Of a DNA stretch of 36,982 nucleotides, positions 1 through 8,168 are shown one piece after another; position 1 is the first letter of the stretch; each line of letters opens with the position of its first letter. This DNA comes from an uncultured Bacteroidaceae bacterium. Lineage in GTDB: Bacteria; Bacillota; Clostridia; Christensenellales; CAG-917. Position numbers and translations under genes: made by a program. The notes under the pieces were generated by a model. The model did no database searches. It saw nothing but the letters and a program-made list of their open reading frames with translations, and was not told the origin of the DNA. The stretch covers positions 1 to 36,982 of the forward strand of contig CAYIYN010000002.1 of NCBI GenBank assembly GCA_964367645.1, given 5' to 3'.

Positions 1-373
1 CGGCAGGAACGATAAACGAAGTCAGCGTAGAAGTGCTGGCGGGGTCGTTGTAAACCACGTTTACTGCCGGCGCGCCCGGCAGCGACATCCACTCGGCTAT
101 CGTATCTTCAAATGCGGTACGCGAGGAAATGTAGCAAAAATAATCGTAAGAATCTTCGCCTTTAAGTTTGATGTTTACAGTGTATGAGCCCTCAATAAAC
201 AGAGTGTCTACTTTGCCGCCAAGATACATGCTTTTCAGACTGTCGCTGTTGGCGTCGGAACTGATATAAGGCACTTCTTTGGGGCCGGTCAGGCTGACTG
301 CTAATATGATTGCCAAAATGATAAGCAGAGCAACCGCTATGATTATGATAATTCTTCGTGTAGATGGTTTCAT
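1..373 (-). CDS. membrane-anchored protein, N-terminal part only (gene runs off the left edge)
   Basis: The minus-strand frame is open from 373 down to position 2, with no TTA/CTA/TCA triplets in that frame on the plus strand. ATG at 373-371 has GGAGG (378-382, minus) 4 nt upstream. The N-terminus MKPSTRRIIIIIAVALLIILAIILAVSL is a signal-anchor helix. It is absent from the supplied ORF track because it is truncated. Confidence 0.6.
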   Translation of the reverse strand, partial: MKPSTRRIIIIIAVALLIILAIILAVSLTGPKEVPYISSDANSDSLKSMYLGGKVDTLFIEGSYTVNIKLKGEDSYDYFCYISSRTAFEDTIAEWMSLPGAPAVNVVYNDPASTSTLTSFIVPA

Positions 374-665
374 TCTTCCTCCGAGGATAACCGCTATAAA
401 TGCGGTAAGTTTTGCGTTGGTGGTACTTGTGAGTTTAGAGTATTGCGCCTTCAAGCGTTCTGAACGTTTTTGAACGTTTTTTCGCGTTTTGAGCGTGCTT
501 TTTATAAAAATGCGCTCTTGCGCACTTTGTATAATATGTTCTAATATTATAAAGAGTAAACGCAAAAAAGTCAACGACAGAATATCCTACCGATGAGCAG
601 GTTTCTGCCGCGATGACCAAGCGGTGTTTTTATTGTCAATATAAATTAAGAAGATTAAAAACCGA

Positions 666-1163
666 TTAAACCGTGCGCATATTTCCAATAAAACTCTCAA
701 CGGCACATTTTATCACAACAGAAAGTTTATTTGCCATTTCTTGCACTTTAAGTGTGCTTGCGGACAACAACGCCGCATAGTGGTCACCTTCACGCGATCC
801 GACTATCCCCAAAATTCCAACGTCCCCCACTCTGGCTTTTTTGCCGCCGACCGCCGCCGGACACACTCCGTCTGACCTAATCGAATATGAACCGATTTTT
901 CCTTTATCTCCAAGTCCCGCGTCAACCGCAAGCAAGAGTGCCCCGTCGTGGGCGCACTTTATGAAATTCATATAGTCGTCCATGTTCTTTGCAGTTACGG
1001 GGCGATTAAGCGTTCCGTAAACAAAACAAGGTGCGCCGCGCTCAATTAGAGCACTGCCCGTAAGAGGGCCGAGAGAATCGCCCGCAACCGTCGGTGTTCC
1101 GAAGCAAATAACGACGATTTGATATAAAGGCCATTGTTCAGTTTGTATAAGTCCGTTTTTCAC
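666..1163 (-). CDS. yyaC: sporulation protein YyaC (GPR-like spore protease family)
   Basis: 165-aa ORF. CFGTPTVAGDSLGPLTG resembles the YyaC/GPR signature (IGTDRxTGDxLGPLxG). The start is GTG with no clear SD, so the start is uncertain. Confidence 0.65.
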   Translation of the reverse strand: MKNGLIQTEQWPLYQIVVICFGTPTVAGDSLGPLTGSALIERGAPCFVYGTLNRPVTAKNMDDYMNFIKCAHDGALLLAVDAGLGDKGKIGSYSIRSDGVCPAAVGGKKARVGDVGILGIVGSREGDHYAALLSASTLKVQEMANKLSVVIKCAVESFIGNMRTV

Positions 1164-1230
1164 GATGAAATTGTTGCCACATCTTCACAATTTATTCACC
1201 TTGAACTCATACCTAAGAATAATTTGCCAC

Positions 1231-1259
1231 TTGCAATATCGCGCGCGTCAAACTATAAT
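1231..1259 (+). promoter_or_regulatory. sigma-A type promoter for the cvpA-like / giant protein operon
   Basis: TTGCAA (1231-1236), 17-bp spacer, TATAAT (1254-1259). AAGGAG lies at 1276-1281 and the ATG at 1293. Confidence 0.6.
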
Positions 1260-1292
1260 ATAATGTACGAGAGTTAAGGAGTTTTACATAAT

Positions 1293-2039
1293 ATGCTTAC
1301 GACGGTGTTATCTGCAACAACTTGGTATGCCGACGTCGCACTGATTGCGGTGCTGGCGCTGTTTTTGCTGGGCGGAATAATAAGAGGCTTGGGGAAGTCG
1401 TTGAACGGCATCTTTTTGACCATTTGTATTATTCTCGTTTCTGTGCTTTGCGCAGGATTGCTACACGAAACGGTGTTAAACTCCAACATCGGCACGTCGC
1501 TTCAAAGCACCCTATCTTCGGCTTCCGACGGTTGGGGCGTCGCTTTTACCGGCGAGGTTTATAATGTAGACGGAACGTTCAAAATATTTTCAGACGGCGA
1601 ATACACCGTATTAGCCGAGGCAGACGGACCGATAAAAGGCAAAATCGCAGACTGGCTTGCGGGCAAATTTATATCCGAAGACGGCCAATCTGTGGCTGAA
1701 GTCTGTGTGTACAATTTGACAAGTCTTATCATATTTGCAGGCTTGATAATTGCGTGTGCAGTCGTATTGTCTATCGTTTTTGCATTCATACGCAGTTTCA
1801 CAAAAGGTATGCATAAAAGTGAAAAAAAGGCCGTCAGAGTCATCGACAGAATTTTGGGCGGTATCGCAGGCCTTGTGCTCGGTGCTACCTCCGTTTTTCT
1901 TGTTCTTGCAATTTTGGTTTCGTTCAAAGACAAAGCGCCCTCTATCATTACCTACATAAACGAATCCACTATTTGCAAATTCTTCTATGATTTGAACCCC
2001 ATCGGCGCGGCTTTTGAAAAGATTTTTACTCGCGGATAA
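1293..2039 (+). CDS. CvpA-family (colicin V production-like) integral membrane protein with an inserted extracytoplasmic loop
   Basis: 248-aa ORF with an SD. The N-terminal DVALIAVLALFLLGGIIRGLGK and C-terminal VIDRILGGIAGLVLGATSVFLVLAIL match the CvpA pattern (D-x-hydrophobic...RG; DRxLG...G). It has several TM helices. Confidence 0.6.
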   Translation: MLTTVLSATTWYADVALIAVLALFLLGGIIRGLGKSLNGIFLTICIILVSVLCAGLLHETVLNSNIGTSLQSTLSSASDGWGVAFTGEVYNVDGTFKIFSDGEYTVLAEADGPIKGKIADWLAGKFISEDGQSVAEVCVYNLTSLIIFAGLIIACAVVLSIVFAFIRSFTKGMHKSEKKAVRVIDRILGGIAGLVLGATSVFLVLAILVSFKDKAPSIITYINESTICKFFYDLNPIGAAFEKIFTRG

Positions 2040-2086
2040 TATTCCGCTGTGGTGGCAGGCGGATTTTCCCGCCGTAAGGAGCGACT

Positions 2087-5000
2087 ATGAAAATTTTGAG
2101 AGGCACTCTTACTTTCGTACTCGGCATGGTTATGGGCGTCATTTTGTTTATCGCGGCAATCGCGGGGACAATCTATGCCGTGGCGACAAGCATTTCGGTA
2201 GGTCAACTGCAAGAAACCGTCGGAGTCCAGATTTTCGACGATAAAAACGAAATAAACGACAAGACGCTTTGGGATATAGGCACTCAGCTTATCAACGACG
2301 TTCCCAATTTGATGTCGCTGTCGCTTAACGAAATTGCGGCCAAATACGGCTTAAAAACCAAACTGGACGGATTGTCCGATATCAGCGGAATTGATATTTC
2401 GCCAATCTTCGACGTTCCTCTAAGTGAAATTACAGGCAGCCTAAACAAGATTGTCGAAGGCATAACGCTTGAAGATGTCGGCGAACTGGCTGGCATTGAT
2501 TTCGGCGAATACGGTTTGCCTATTTTGGAGCGCAATCTTTATAACAGCGTCACGAAGGCACTCGACGAAATTATGAGTTCTATCGGAGGCGACAATCTGT
2601 CACTAAGACAAATCGAAAACAATTTCGGCATTACTCTTGGCGAAAACATTTTGTTTGATATGGTCAAGGACGTACCGCTTTCATCTTTCGGCACGGTAAT
2701 TAACTCTATAAAAATCGGAACCGTTATCGACGTCAACTGTGACGGCTTTATTGTTCAGGGCGAAAACGCCATATTTGTCAGAACAGATACATACGAGCCG
2801 TTGAGCCAAAGCAATCTGCTAACCGAAAAAGACGGCGCGTCGAAGTTTGTTTACGGAACGGATGAAAACGACAATTTGATTTATAAAGAATTGCGCTACA
2901 AGGTGAAAACCACAGCGGTAAAGAACGAAGAAACGGGCGAAATCACACAAGAACCCGTACTTGACGAAGAGGAAAATCCTGTTTACGTAGTGGACAACTC
3001 CTGCTATGACGAAGGCTACGTTGCCGATGAAGACGACACCGTGTACTATCGCTATTTAGAGTATTCCGCTTACGACGCTTTGTCTGATTATGCAATAGAT
3101 ACCGAATATTTTGTTCCGCTATATTTGAACTTCTACGAAAATGACGATACGTCATACTCGCTGACGCAGAAAGGATACATTTCACTGAAAAATTTATTCT
3201 CCGACCAGGCTATGACCGCATTATACAACGATTCGGTTTCTGGTTCTACCATAACGATAAACGGCGGGTATTATGCCTTCTATGAAACCGAGGGAGGTTC
3301 TGCAACCGCCGAAATAATGGAAAGTTACGGCGTGAATGCCGAAATCTTAATCAACACCGATTCCAAAATGGAATTAGGGGGCGAGCAAGATAAACACTTA
3401 AAGGTGCGGACGGGCACTTCCGATGCCGCAATTCAAGCCATTTCCCAAATCACGGTCAAAGGGTTGAACAATGCCACGGATTCCCTTATGGATGTAAAAC
3501 TCGGCGATTTGATTGAAGTGACGGACGAGAGCACCGCCATTTTGAAGGCTTTGAAAGACACTCGCTTGAAGGATTTAAGCAACAGCATTGATTCTCTCAC
3601 ACTTTCGGATGTCATTGACATAAAGACGGCATTTTACGCTCCGAATCCAAACGGCGATTATGTGTTCACCGCCACCCTATTTGCTTATACGGCTTACGAC
3701 CCTGTGCTGCACTCGGGATTGACGCGCTACAATCTTAACTACACTGCCGACGAGGACGGAGAATATGCCCAAATAGAGGGCGTATGGTATCTCTACGACG
3801 CCGACGATGACCGCATGGAAGACGTGACGCGCTATAATCGCACATACAGTGAAGAGGTTCCCGGTGACGATGGCGAATATGTTCAGATTGAAAAGGGCGG
3901 CTATTATTCGCTGTATAATGCCGCAGTGCACGAAGGTTTTGTACGATATAGCCCTGTCAAATCCGCTTTGAACAATGACTATATCCTTGCATCGTCCATT
4001 CAAATTGAATTGGGCACGGCTCTTTACTATTGGAACGGAACGGCAATGACCGCCGCCGACGCTGCTTATATCGCGGCAAACCCCGACGCAAAATTTTACG
4101 TCGAAGGCGACGCGTCCGCAAAAGTGCTTCAACGCCTGGCGTTTGCCACTATCGAGGGTTTCAGTGAAGCGTTTGATAATATTGCCCTAGGCGACGCTAT
4201 GGATATACAAATCGATATATATGCGACGGTTGACGCCGCCTATATCGCCGCCAATCCTTATGATGATTATTATTACTACGAAGACAAACTCTTCTTGGGA
4301 GCAGACGCTGCTTATATCGCGGCAAATCCCGATGCAACTATTTACCGCGTTGCGGTAAAGGGCAATGGTAACGCCGTTCTCAAGCGTCTTGTGTACACCA
4401 CTATTGAAGAAGTCGCCAACAAAATGAATATGGTTATTGACGACACGTCTTTATCAGATGTGGTTGACATTACGTCCGATTTCTTCCACGAAGACGCAAA
4501 CGGAATCTACGTTTATGTTCCTCAAGGCAAGTACTATACGCTTTATAACGCCGCCTTACACGGTGAGTTGTACGCGCGTTTCTCTCTCTACACAGAAACC
4601 GCGGGATTGGACACCATTCACTATATCGCCGCAACGGCGGAACAGATTGCTTTGGGCACAGACCTCTATTATTGGAACGGAACCGCTATGGCCGTCGCAG
4701 ACTCGGTTTATATCGAGGCAAATCCCGAAGCGGAATTGTACGTTCAAGGTTCGCCTTCTTCCAGAACGCTGCAACGCTTTGTAAACGTAAAGATTGGCAA
4801 ATTCAGCGACGAATTCAAAAATCTGTTGCTTTGCGACGTAATTGATATAAACGGCGACATATTTACAATCGCAGACGACGAGTATATCGCGGCAAATCCG
4901 GACGGCATCTATTATGTCTATGCAGACGCTCTGTATTCAGAGCCGCAAACTCCCCCCGTCATCGGCGATGATGTGGATTATTACAGGGTTGCGATAAGCG

Positions 5001-6451
5001 GTTCTTCTCACATAGTTTTGAAGAAAATGGCTTTCTTGAAAGTGGACGAACTCGGCGCGCGCATGGGCGAAATAATAAACAGCCTATACTTGTCGGACTT
5101 GGTGGAAATCAATGAATATAATGCAGTTGCACCTTTCGACGGAGCCGACGAGGATCCAAATGCCAGATGGATTATTTCTCCCGATGAAACCTTTACCGAG
5201 GTAGTGGGCGATGACACCTATAGATATACCTTTGTATACGATGCAAACGGCAAATATTACAGAAAAGACATCGATTATGTCGAACTGTCGGCATCTCAAC
5301 TTGCTTCTCTTGAAAACGGCACGGGCGTAAGTTATTCCTATGTTGCTATTCCCGATATGCTTACACTTACTACTTTGACTGCTGCCGGCAACACATATTT
5401 TTATTACTTTGACGACAAGGGAACGGTGGGTACCGAGGACGACGAATATATTTTGTCGACTGCGCTTGCGCTCTATCTTTCGCTCCATGGCGAATTTGAA
5501 AACCTATATTACAGAGATGCTACGGGAACGGATGTTACAAATCAGCAAGCGTGGCTGGAGTGCGGAAATCTTTTCGTTGACTTTATGGGCGAATACGTTC
5601 TCTATGATGCGGACAATCCCGCGCATGTCGAACTTGATAAATATTTCCTTCTCGAAGACGGTTATTATCTTGTTGGCGAAGTGCCGTCAGGACAAACGGC
5701 ATATTACTACAACACCACCACCGACGTATTTAGCACTACCCCGCCTACCCCGCAATCCAACTCACTGTTCTTCATTCAAATACCTGCCGATTCTGACGGA
5801 AAATATTATTTTGTCAAACGTGACTCCGATTTTGAAGCGGCAAAGAAACTCGGCAATACACCCGTAACCTATTCAAAACAAAACTGCGAAACAATATATG
5901 TTGAGTCATTAACCGGCATATTGGTTTTCTACAATGGCGGTTATGTTTCGTTTGAAGAGGCAAATCCCGAACACGAGAGTCTTATACGTTATGACATAGT
6001 GATTGGATATCTCGCTACAATAAACGAAACGGCGAACTATGACGGCGTTTCATATCAAAACTTTTTGTCCACGAACAAGGTGAGTATCACAAAAGCAAAG
6101 AGCGCGCCCGTGCTTGAAGCGTTTGCGCGCGATAAAGTCAAGATTTCGACACTTGACAGCTCGCTCAAAAATTTCACCATTGGGGATCTTATGGAAATCA
6201 CGCCCGACAGCATGTTTGATGATCCTAGCCTCAAAGCGGCAACAATAGATTCGCTTTCAACAATTTTTGTTGAAAAAATGCAGCAGATGACAATCGAAGA
6301 ACTATTAGGCTGGGGCAACATTTCTTCTCTCGACCCCAAAGTTTTGGCCATCATCGGCGGAAACACCCTTGAAGATTTCTTTGGCTCGCTGGTTTATGAA
6401 AACGGCGCAATCTCTGTAAATATGAAAAAATTGTACGGCATAGAATCATAA
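2087..6451 (+). CDS. giant (1454 aa) membrane-anchored acidic Tyr/Asp-rich repeat protein, function unknown
   Basis: Long uninterrupted ORF with AAGGAG (2076-2081) 5 nt upstream. There is a single N-terminal TM helix (LTFVLGMVMGVILFIAAIAGTIYAV). The remainder is acidic, with internal modules and five copies of an (A/D)xxYI(A/E)ANP(D/E) motif. I could not recognise any catalytic motif. Confidence 0.85.
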   Translation: MKILRGTLTFVLGMVMGVILFIAAIAGTIYAVATSISVGQLQETVGVQIFDDKNEINDKTLWDIGTQLINDVPNLMSLSLNEIAAKYGLKTKLDGLSDISGIDISPIFDVPLSEITGSLNKIVEGITLEDVGELAGIDFGEYGLPILERNLYNSVTKALDEIMSSIGGDNLSLRQIENNFGITLGENILFDMVKDVPLSSFGTVINSIKIGTVIDVNCDGFIVQGENAIFVRTDTYEPLSQSNLLTEKDGASKFVYGTDENDNLIYKELRYKVKTTAVKNEETGEITQEPVLDEEENPVYVVDNSCYDEGYVADEDDTVYYRYLEYSAYDALSDYAIDTEYFVPLYLNFYENDDTSYSLTQKGYISLKNLFSDQAMTALYNDSVSGSTITINGGYYAFYETEGGSATAEIMESYGVNAEILINTDSKMELGGEQDKHLKVRTGTSDAAIQAISQITVKGLNNATDSLMDVKLGDLIEVTDESTAILKALKDTRLKDLSNSIDSLTLSDVIDIKTAFYAPNPNGDYVFTATLFAYTAYDPVLHSGLTRYNLNYTADEDGEYAQIEGVWYLYDADDDRMEDVTRYNRTYSEEVPGDDGEYVQIEKGGYYSLYNAAVHEGFVRYSPVKSALNNDYILASSIQIELGTALYYWNGTAMTAADAAYIAANPDAKFYVEGDASAKVLQRLAFATIEGFSEAFDNIALGDAMDIQIDIYATVDAAYIAANPYDDYYYYEDKLFLGADAAYIAANPDATIYRVAVKGNGNAVLKRLVYTTIEEVANKMNMVIDDTSLSDVVDITSDFFHEDANGIYVYVPQGKYYTLYNAALHGELYARFSLYTETAGLDTIHYIAATAEQIALGTDLYYWNGTAMAVADSVYIEANPEAELYVQGSPSSRTLQRFVNVKIGKFSDEFKNLLLCDVIDINGDIFTIADDEYIAANPDGIYYVYADALYSEPQTPPVIGDDVDYYRVAISGSSHIVLKKMAFLKVDELGARMGEIINSLYLSDLVEINEYNAVAPFDGADEDPNARWIISPDETFTEVVGDDTYRYTFVYDANGKYYRKDIDYVELSASQLASLENGTGVSYSYVAIPDMLTLTTLTAAGNTYFYYFDDKGTVGTEDDEYILSTALALYLSLHGEFENLYYRDATGTDVTNQQAWLECGNLFVDFMGEYVLYDADNPAHVELDKYFLLEDGYYLVGEVPSGQTAYYYNTTTDVFSTTPPTPQSNSLFFIQIPADSDGKYYFVKRDSDFEAAKKLGNTPVTYSKQNCETIYVESLTGILVFYNGGYVSFEEANPEHESLIRYDIVIGYLATINETANYDGVSYQNFLSTNKVSITKAKSAPVLEAFARDKVKISTLDSSLKNFTIGDLMEITPDSMFDDPSLKAATIDSLSTIFVEKMQQMTIEELLGWGNISSLDPKVLAIIGGNTLEDFFGSLVYENGAISVNMKKLYGIES
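3602..5089 (+). repeat. intragenic duplicated module of the giant protein (aa 506-788 and 789-1001)
   Basis: Both modules start with LSDV(I/V)DI. Both contain YY(S/T)LYNAA(V/L)HGE, LYYWNGTAM, YI(A/E)ANP(D/E)A..Y(V)(E/Q)G, xxLQR(L/F) and YRVA(V/I)xG...VLK(R/K). The next LSDLVEI boundary is at nt 5090. At the DNA level 4058-4090 and 4304-4336 agree at 31 of 33 positions. Confidence 0.8.
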
Positions 6452-6483
6452 GAAAAGAGCGCACTGAGCCTTTAGAGGTAATT

Positions 6484-7035
6484 ATGACAATAAGACCATA
6501 TCAGACAAAAGATCGCGAAAACTGCCGCAAAATATGCCATATTACCGCGACTGCTCCGGCTTATGTAAAAAATCCGGAGCTTGTCGCAACTCTTTACTGC
6601 GACTATTACATCGATAAAGAGCCTGATAACTGCTTTGTATTGACAGACGAATTTGACAATGCGGTTGGTTACATACTCTGCGCGGAAAACGAGGTGGATT
6701 TTGAAGTGGGATATAAGCCGTATCTTGACAAAGCCGGCAAAATGTCACTTTCAAACAAAATCGGCTGTATGGCGGATTCATTTTTCAACAGAAAGTTGTA
6801 CAAAGATTATCCCGCTCATCTGCACATCGATATTTTGCCCGCATTTCAGGGCAAAGGTTCGGGTAAGCAACTGATTTCAACGCTTGAAGCGCACCTCAGA
6901 TCAAAAAACGTCAAAGGAGTGCATCTGGGAGTCGGAGGCGACAATAAGCGCGCTCACAAGTTCTACGAAAAAGCCGACTATATCCTGCTTCGCAACTGGG
7001 GTTCTTTGGGGAAAATTTACGGCAAAAAACTCTAG
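6484..7035 (+). CDS. GNAT-family N-acetyltransferase
   Basis: 183-aa ORF 33 nt after the giant gene. It carries the acetyl-CoA binding motif A, LHIDILPAFQGKGSGKQLISTLEAHL (Q/R-x-x-G-x-G/A), and ends with AHKFYEKADY. Confidence 0.75.
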   Translation: MTIRPYQTKDRENCRKICHITATAPAYVKNPELVATLYCDYYIDKEPDNCFVLTDEFDNAVGYILCAENEVDFEVGYKPYLDKAGKMSLSNKIGCMADSFFNRKLYKDYPAHLHIDILPAFQGKGSGKQLISTLEAHLRSKNVKGVHLGVGGDNKRAHKFYEKADYILLRNWGSLGKIYGKKL

Positions 7036-7213
7036 GCTGTGTCGGCAAGATACAAACCGAGCGTGTCTTTTGAAACTCACCATAGGTGCGTTGTTTGCAA
7101 AATAATCATTTATGGATTTTTCCGCCTTTTCGTTGCTTTCAAAGGTGTTTCCAATACTGATACGTTTAAGGTCAGGGGTGTGTTTGATAATTTTTTTTAA
7201 ACCTCAAAAATGA

Positions 7214-7242
7214 TTGACAAATCTGCCCGCGAATATTATTAT
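7214..7242 (+). promoter_or_regulatory. sigma-A type promoter of tRNA-Asn
   Basis: TTGACA (7214-7219), 17-bp spacer, TATTAT (7237-7242), about 55 nt upstream of the mature tRNA 5' end. Confidence 0.6.
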
Positions 7243-7302
7243 AAACAAGCATTGTGCAAGGGATATAAGTCAAAAATCGCCTAGCACAAAATCCAATAGA
7301 GT

Positions 7303-7378
7303 GCCTGTTTAGCTCAGTCGGTAGAGCATGCGGCTGTTAACCGCAGTGTCGGGGGTTCGAGTCCCTCAACAGGCGCCA
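7303..7378 (+). tRNA. tRNA-Asn (anticodon GUU), CCA encoded
   Basis: Hand-folded cloverleaf. Acceptor stem GCCTGTT/AACAGGC. D arm GCTC-AGTCGGTA-GAGC. Anticodon stem TGCGG/CCGCA with loop CTGTTAA (GTT at 7336-7338). T arm GGGGG-TTCGAGT-CCCTC. Discriminator G followed by CCA. Confidence 0.95.
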
Positions 7379-7383
7379 AAAAA

Positions 7384-7414
7384 AGCACAACCAATTATGG
7401 CTGTGCTTTTTTTT
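7384..7414 (+). terminator. intrinsic terminator of tRNA-Asn
   Basis: Stem AGCACAACC (7384-7392) / GGCTGTGCT (7399-7407) with one mismatch and loop AATTAT, followed by a T8 tract. Confidence 0.75.
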
Positions 7415-7711
7415 GCGCCTTTTAAGGGCTCAAATCCCCAGCGGTGTACAACACCGCGTGGGCTTTGCCCACAGACACTGCTTTTCGCAGTGAACGCTCG
7501 CTCTCGCAAGTAAACTTGCTCCGCTCACTATTCCGTCGCTTCGCTCCTTACGGGGGTTCATTGACTGCAGTCCAAAGTTCATTTCGCCGTTTCGGTTACG
7601 TACGCTATGTACGCGCCCTCGCTTCTCAACAAAAAAGCGCAATCTCATCTATCCCGCGCTTTTTGCCAGTGCTTTTTTATAGGTTTAGACTTTCAATCCT
7701 AATGAGATGTT
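7411..7711. repeat. 301-bp tandem repeat, copy 1 (hairpin-rich, terminator plus promoter-like 3' end)
   Basis: Aligns base for base with 7712-8012 at an offset of 301. The only difference I see is G7688 versus T7989. Details are in the findings. Confidence 0.95.
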
Positions 7712-8012
7712 TTTTGCGCCTTTTAAGGGCTCAAATCCCCAGCGGTGTACAACACCGCGTGGGCTTTGCCCACAGACACTGCTTTTCGCAGTGAACGCTC
7801 GCTCTCGCAAGTAAACTTGCTCCGCTCACTATTCCGTCGCTTCGCTCCTTACGGGGGTTCATTGACTGCAGTCCAAAGTTCATTTCGCCGTTTCGGTTAC
7901 GTACGCTATGTACGCGCCCTCGCTTCTCAACAAAAAAGCGCAATCTCATCTATCCCGCGCTTTTTGCCAGTGCTTTTTTATAGGTTTATACTTTCAATCC
8001 TAATGAGATGTT
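7712..8012. repeat. 301-bp tandem repeat, copy 2
   Basis: Same as copy 1. The repeat continues for about 5 nt (TTTTG) into a third unit and then diverges (GTGAC versus GCGCC). Confidence 0.95.
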
Positions 8013-8054
8013 TTTTGTGACATAACGTTGTCATTCTTTGGTTTTGCAAAATAA

Positions 8055-8082
8055 AAAACGAACTTCGGTTGAAGTTCGTTTT
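8055..8082 (-). terminator. strong bidirectional intrinsic terminator (serves the GPH symporter gene)
   Basis: Perfect 12-bp stem AAAACGAACTTC / GAAGTTCGTTTT with loop GGTT. An A-tract lies upstream on the plus strand, which gives a U-tract for minus-strand transcripts. T residues lie downstream on the plus strand. Confidence 0.8.
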
Positions 8083-8168
8083 GTTACTTTGTTTATATTT
8101 AGTTTTTTGTGTATTACACTGATAACTTGAATGTTTTTTCCTTCAAATATGTTTTATCTGCTGTTTTT

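Noticed and set aside
7084-7203. Protein-like minus-strand frame (LKKIIKHTPDLKRISIGNTFESNEKAEKSINDYFANNAP) continuous with ORF 6901-7083
   Set aside because: - There is no ATG/GTG/TTG start between the upstream stop (7204-7206) and Met 7083.
- The downstream part overlaps the GNAT gene 3' end with a nonsense-like sequence.
- At best this is a decayed gene remnant, and I cannot support it as a pseudogene without a homology search.
7303-8012. tRNA-Asn plus flanking direct repeats as att sites of an integrated mobile element
   Set aside because: The repeats are contiguous 301-bp tandem copies, not short att duplicates flanking cargo. They do not include the tRNA 3' end. No integrase, excisionase or phage/ICE genes are present.
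7430-8020. ORF-track proteins inside the 301-bp repeats: two identical 72-aa minus-strand ORFs, and 116-aa and 91-aa plus-strand ORFs
   Set aside because: - They are identical only because the DNA is duplicated.
- Both strands are open, and no SD is present.
- The products are Arg/Cys/Ser-rich and low-complexity.
- The region is dominated by short palindromes, so I treat it as non-coding repeat or RNA.
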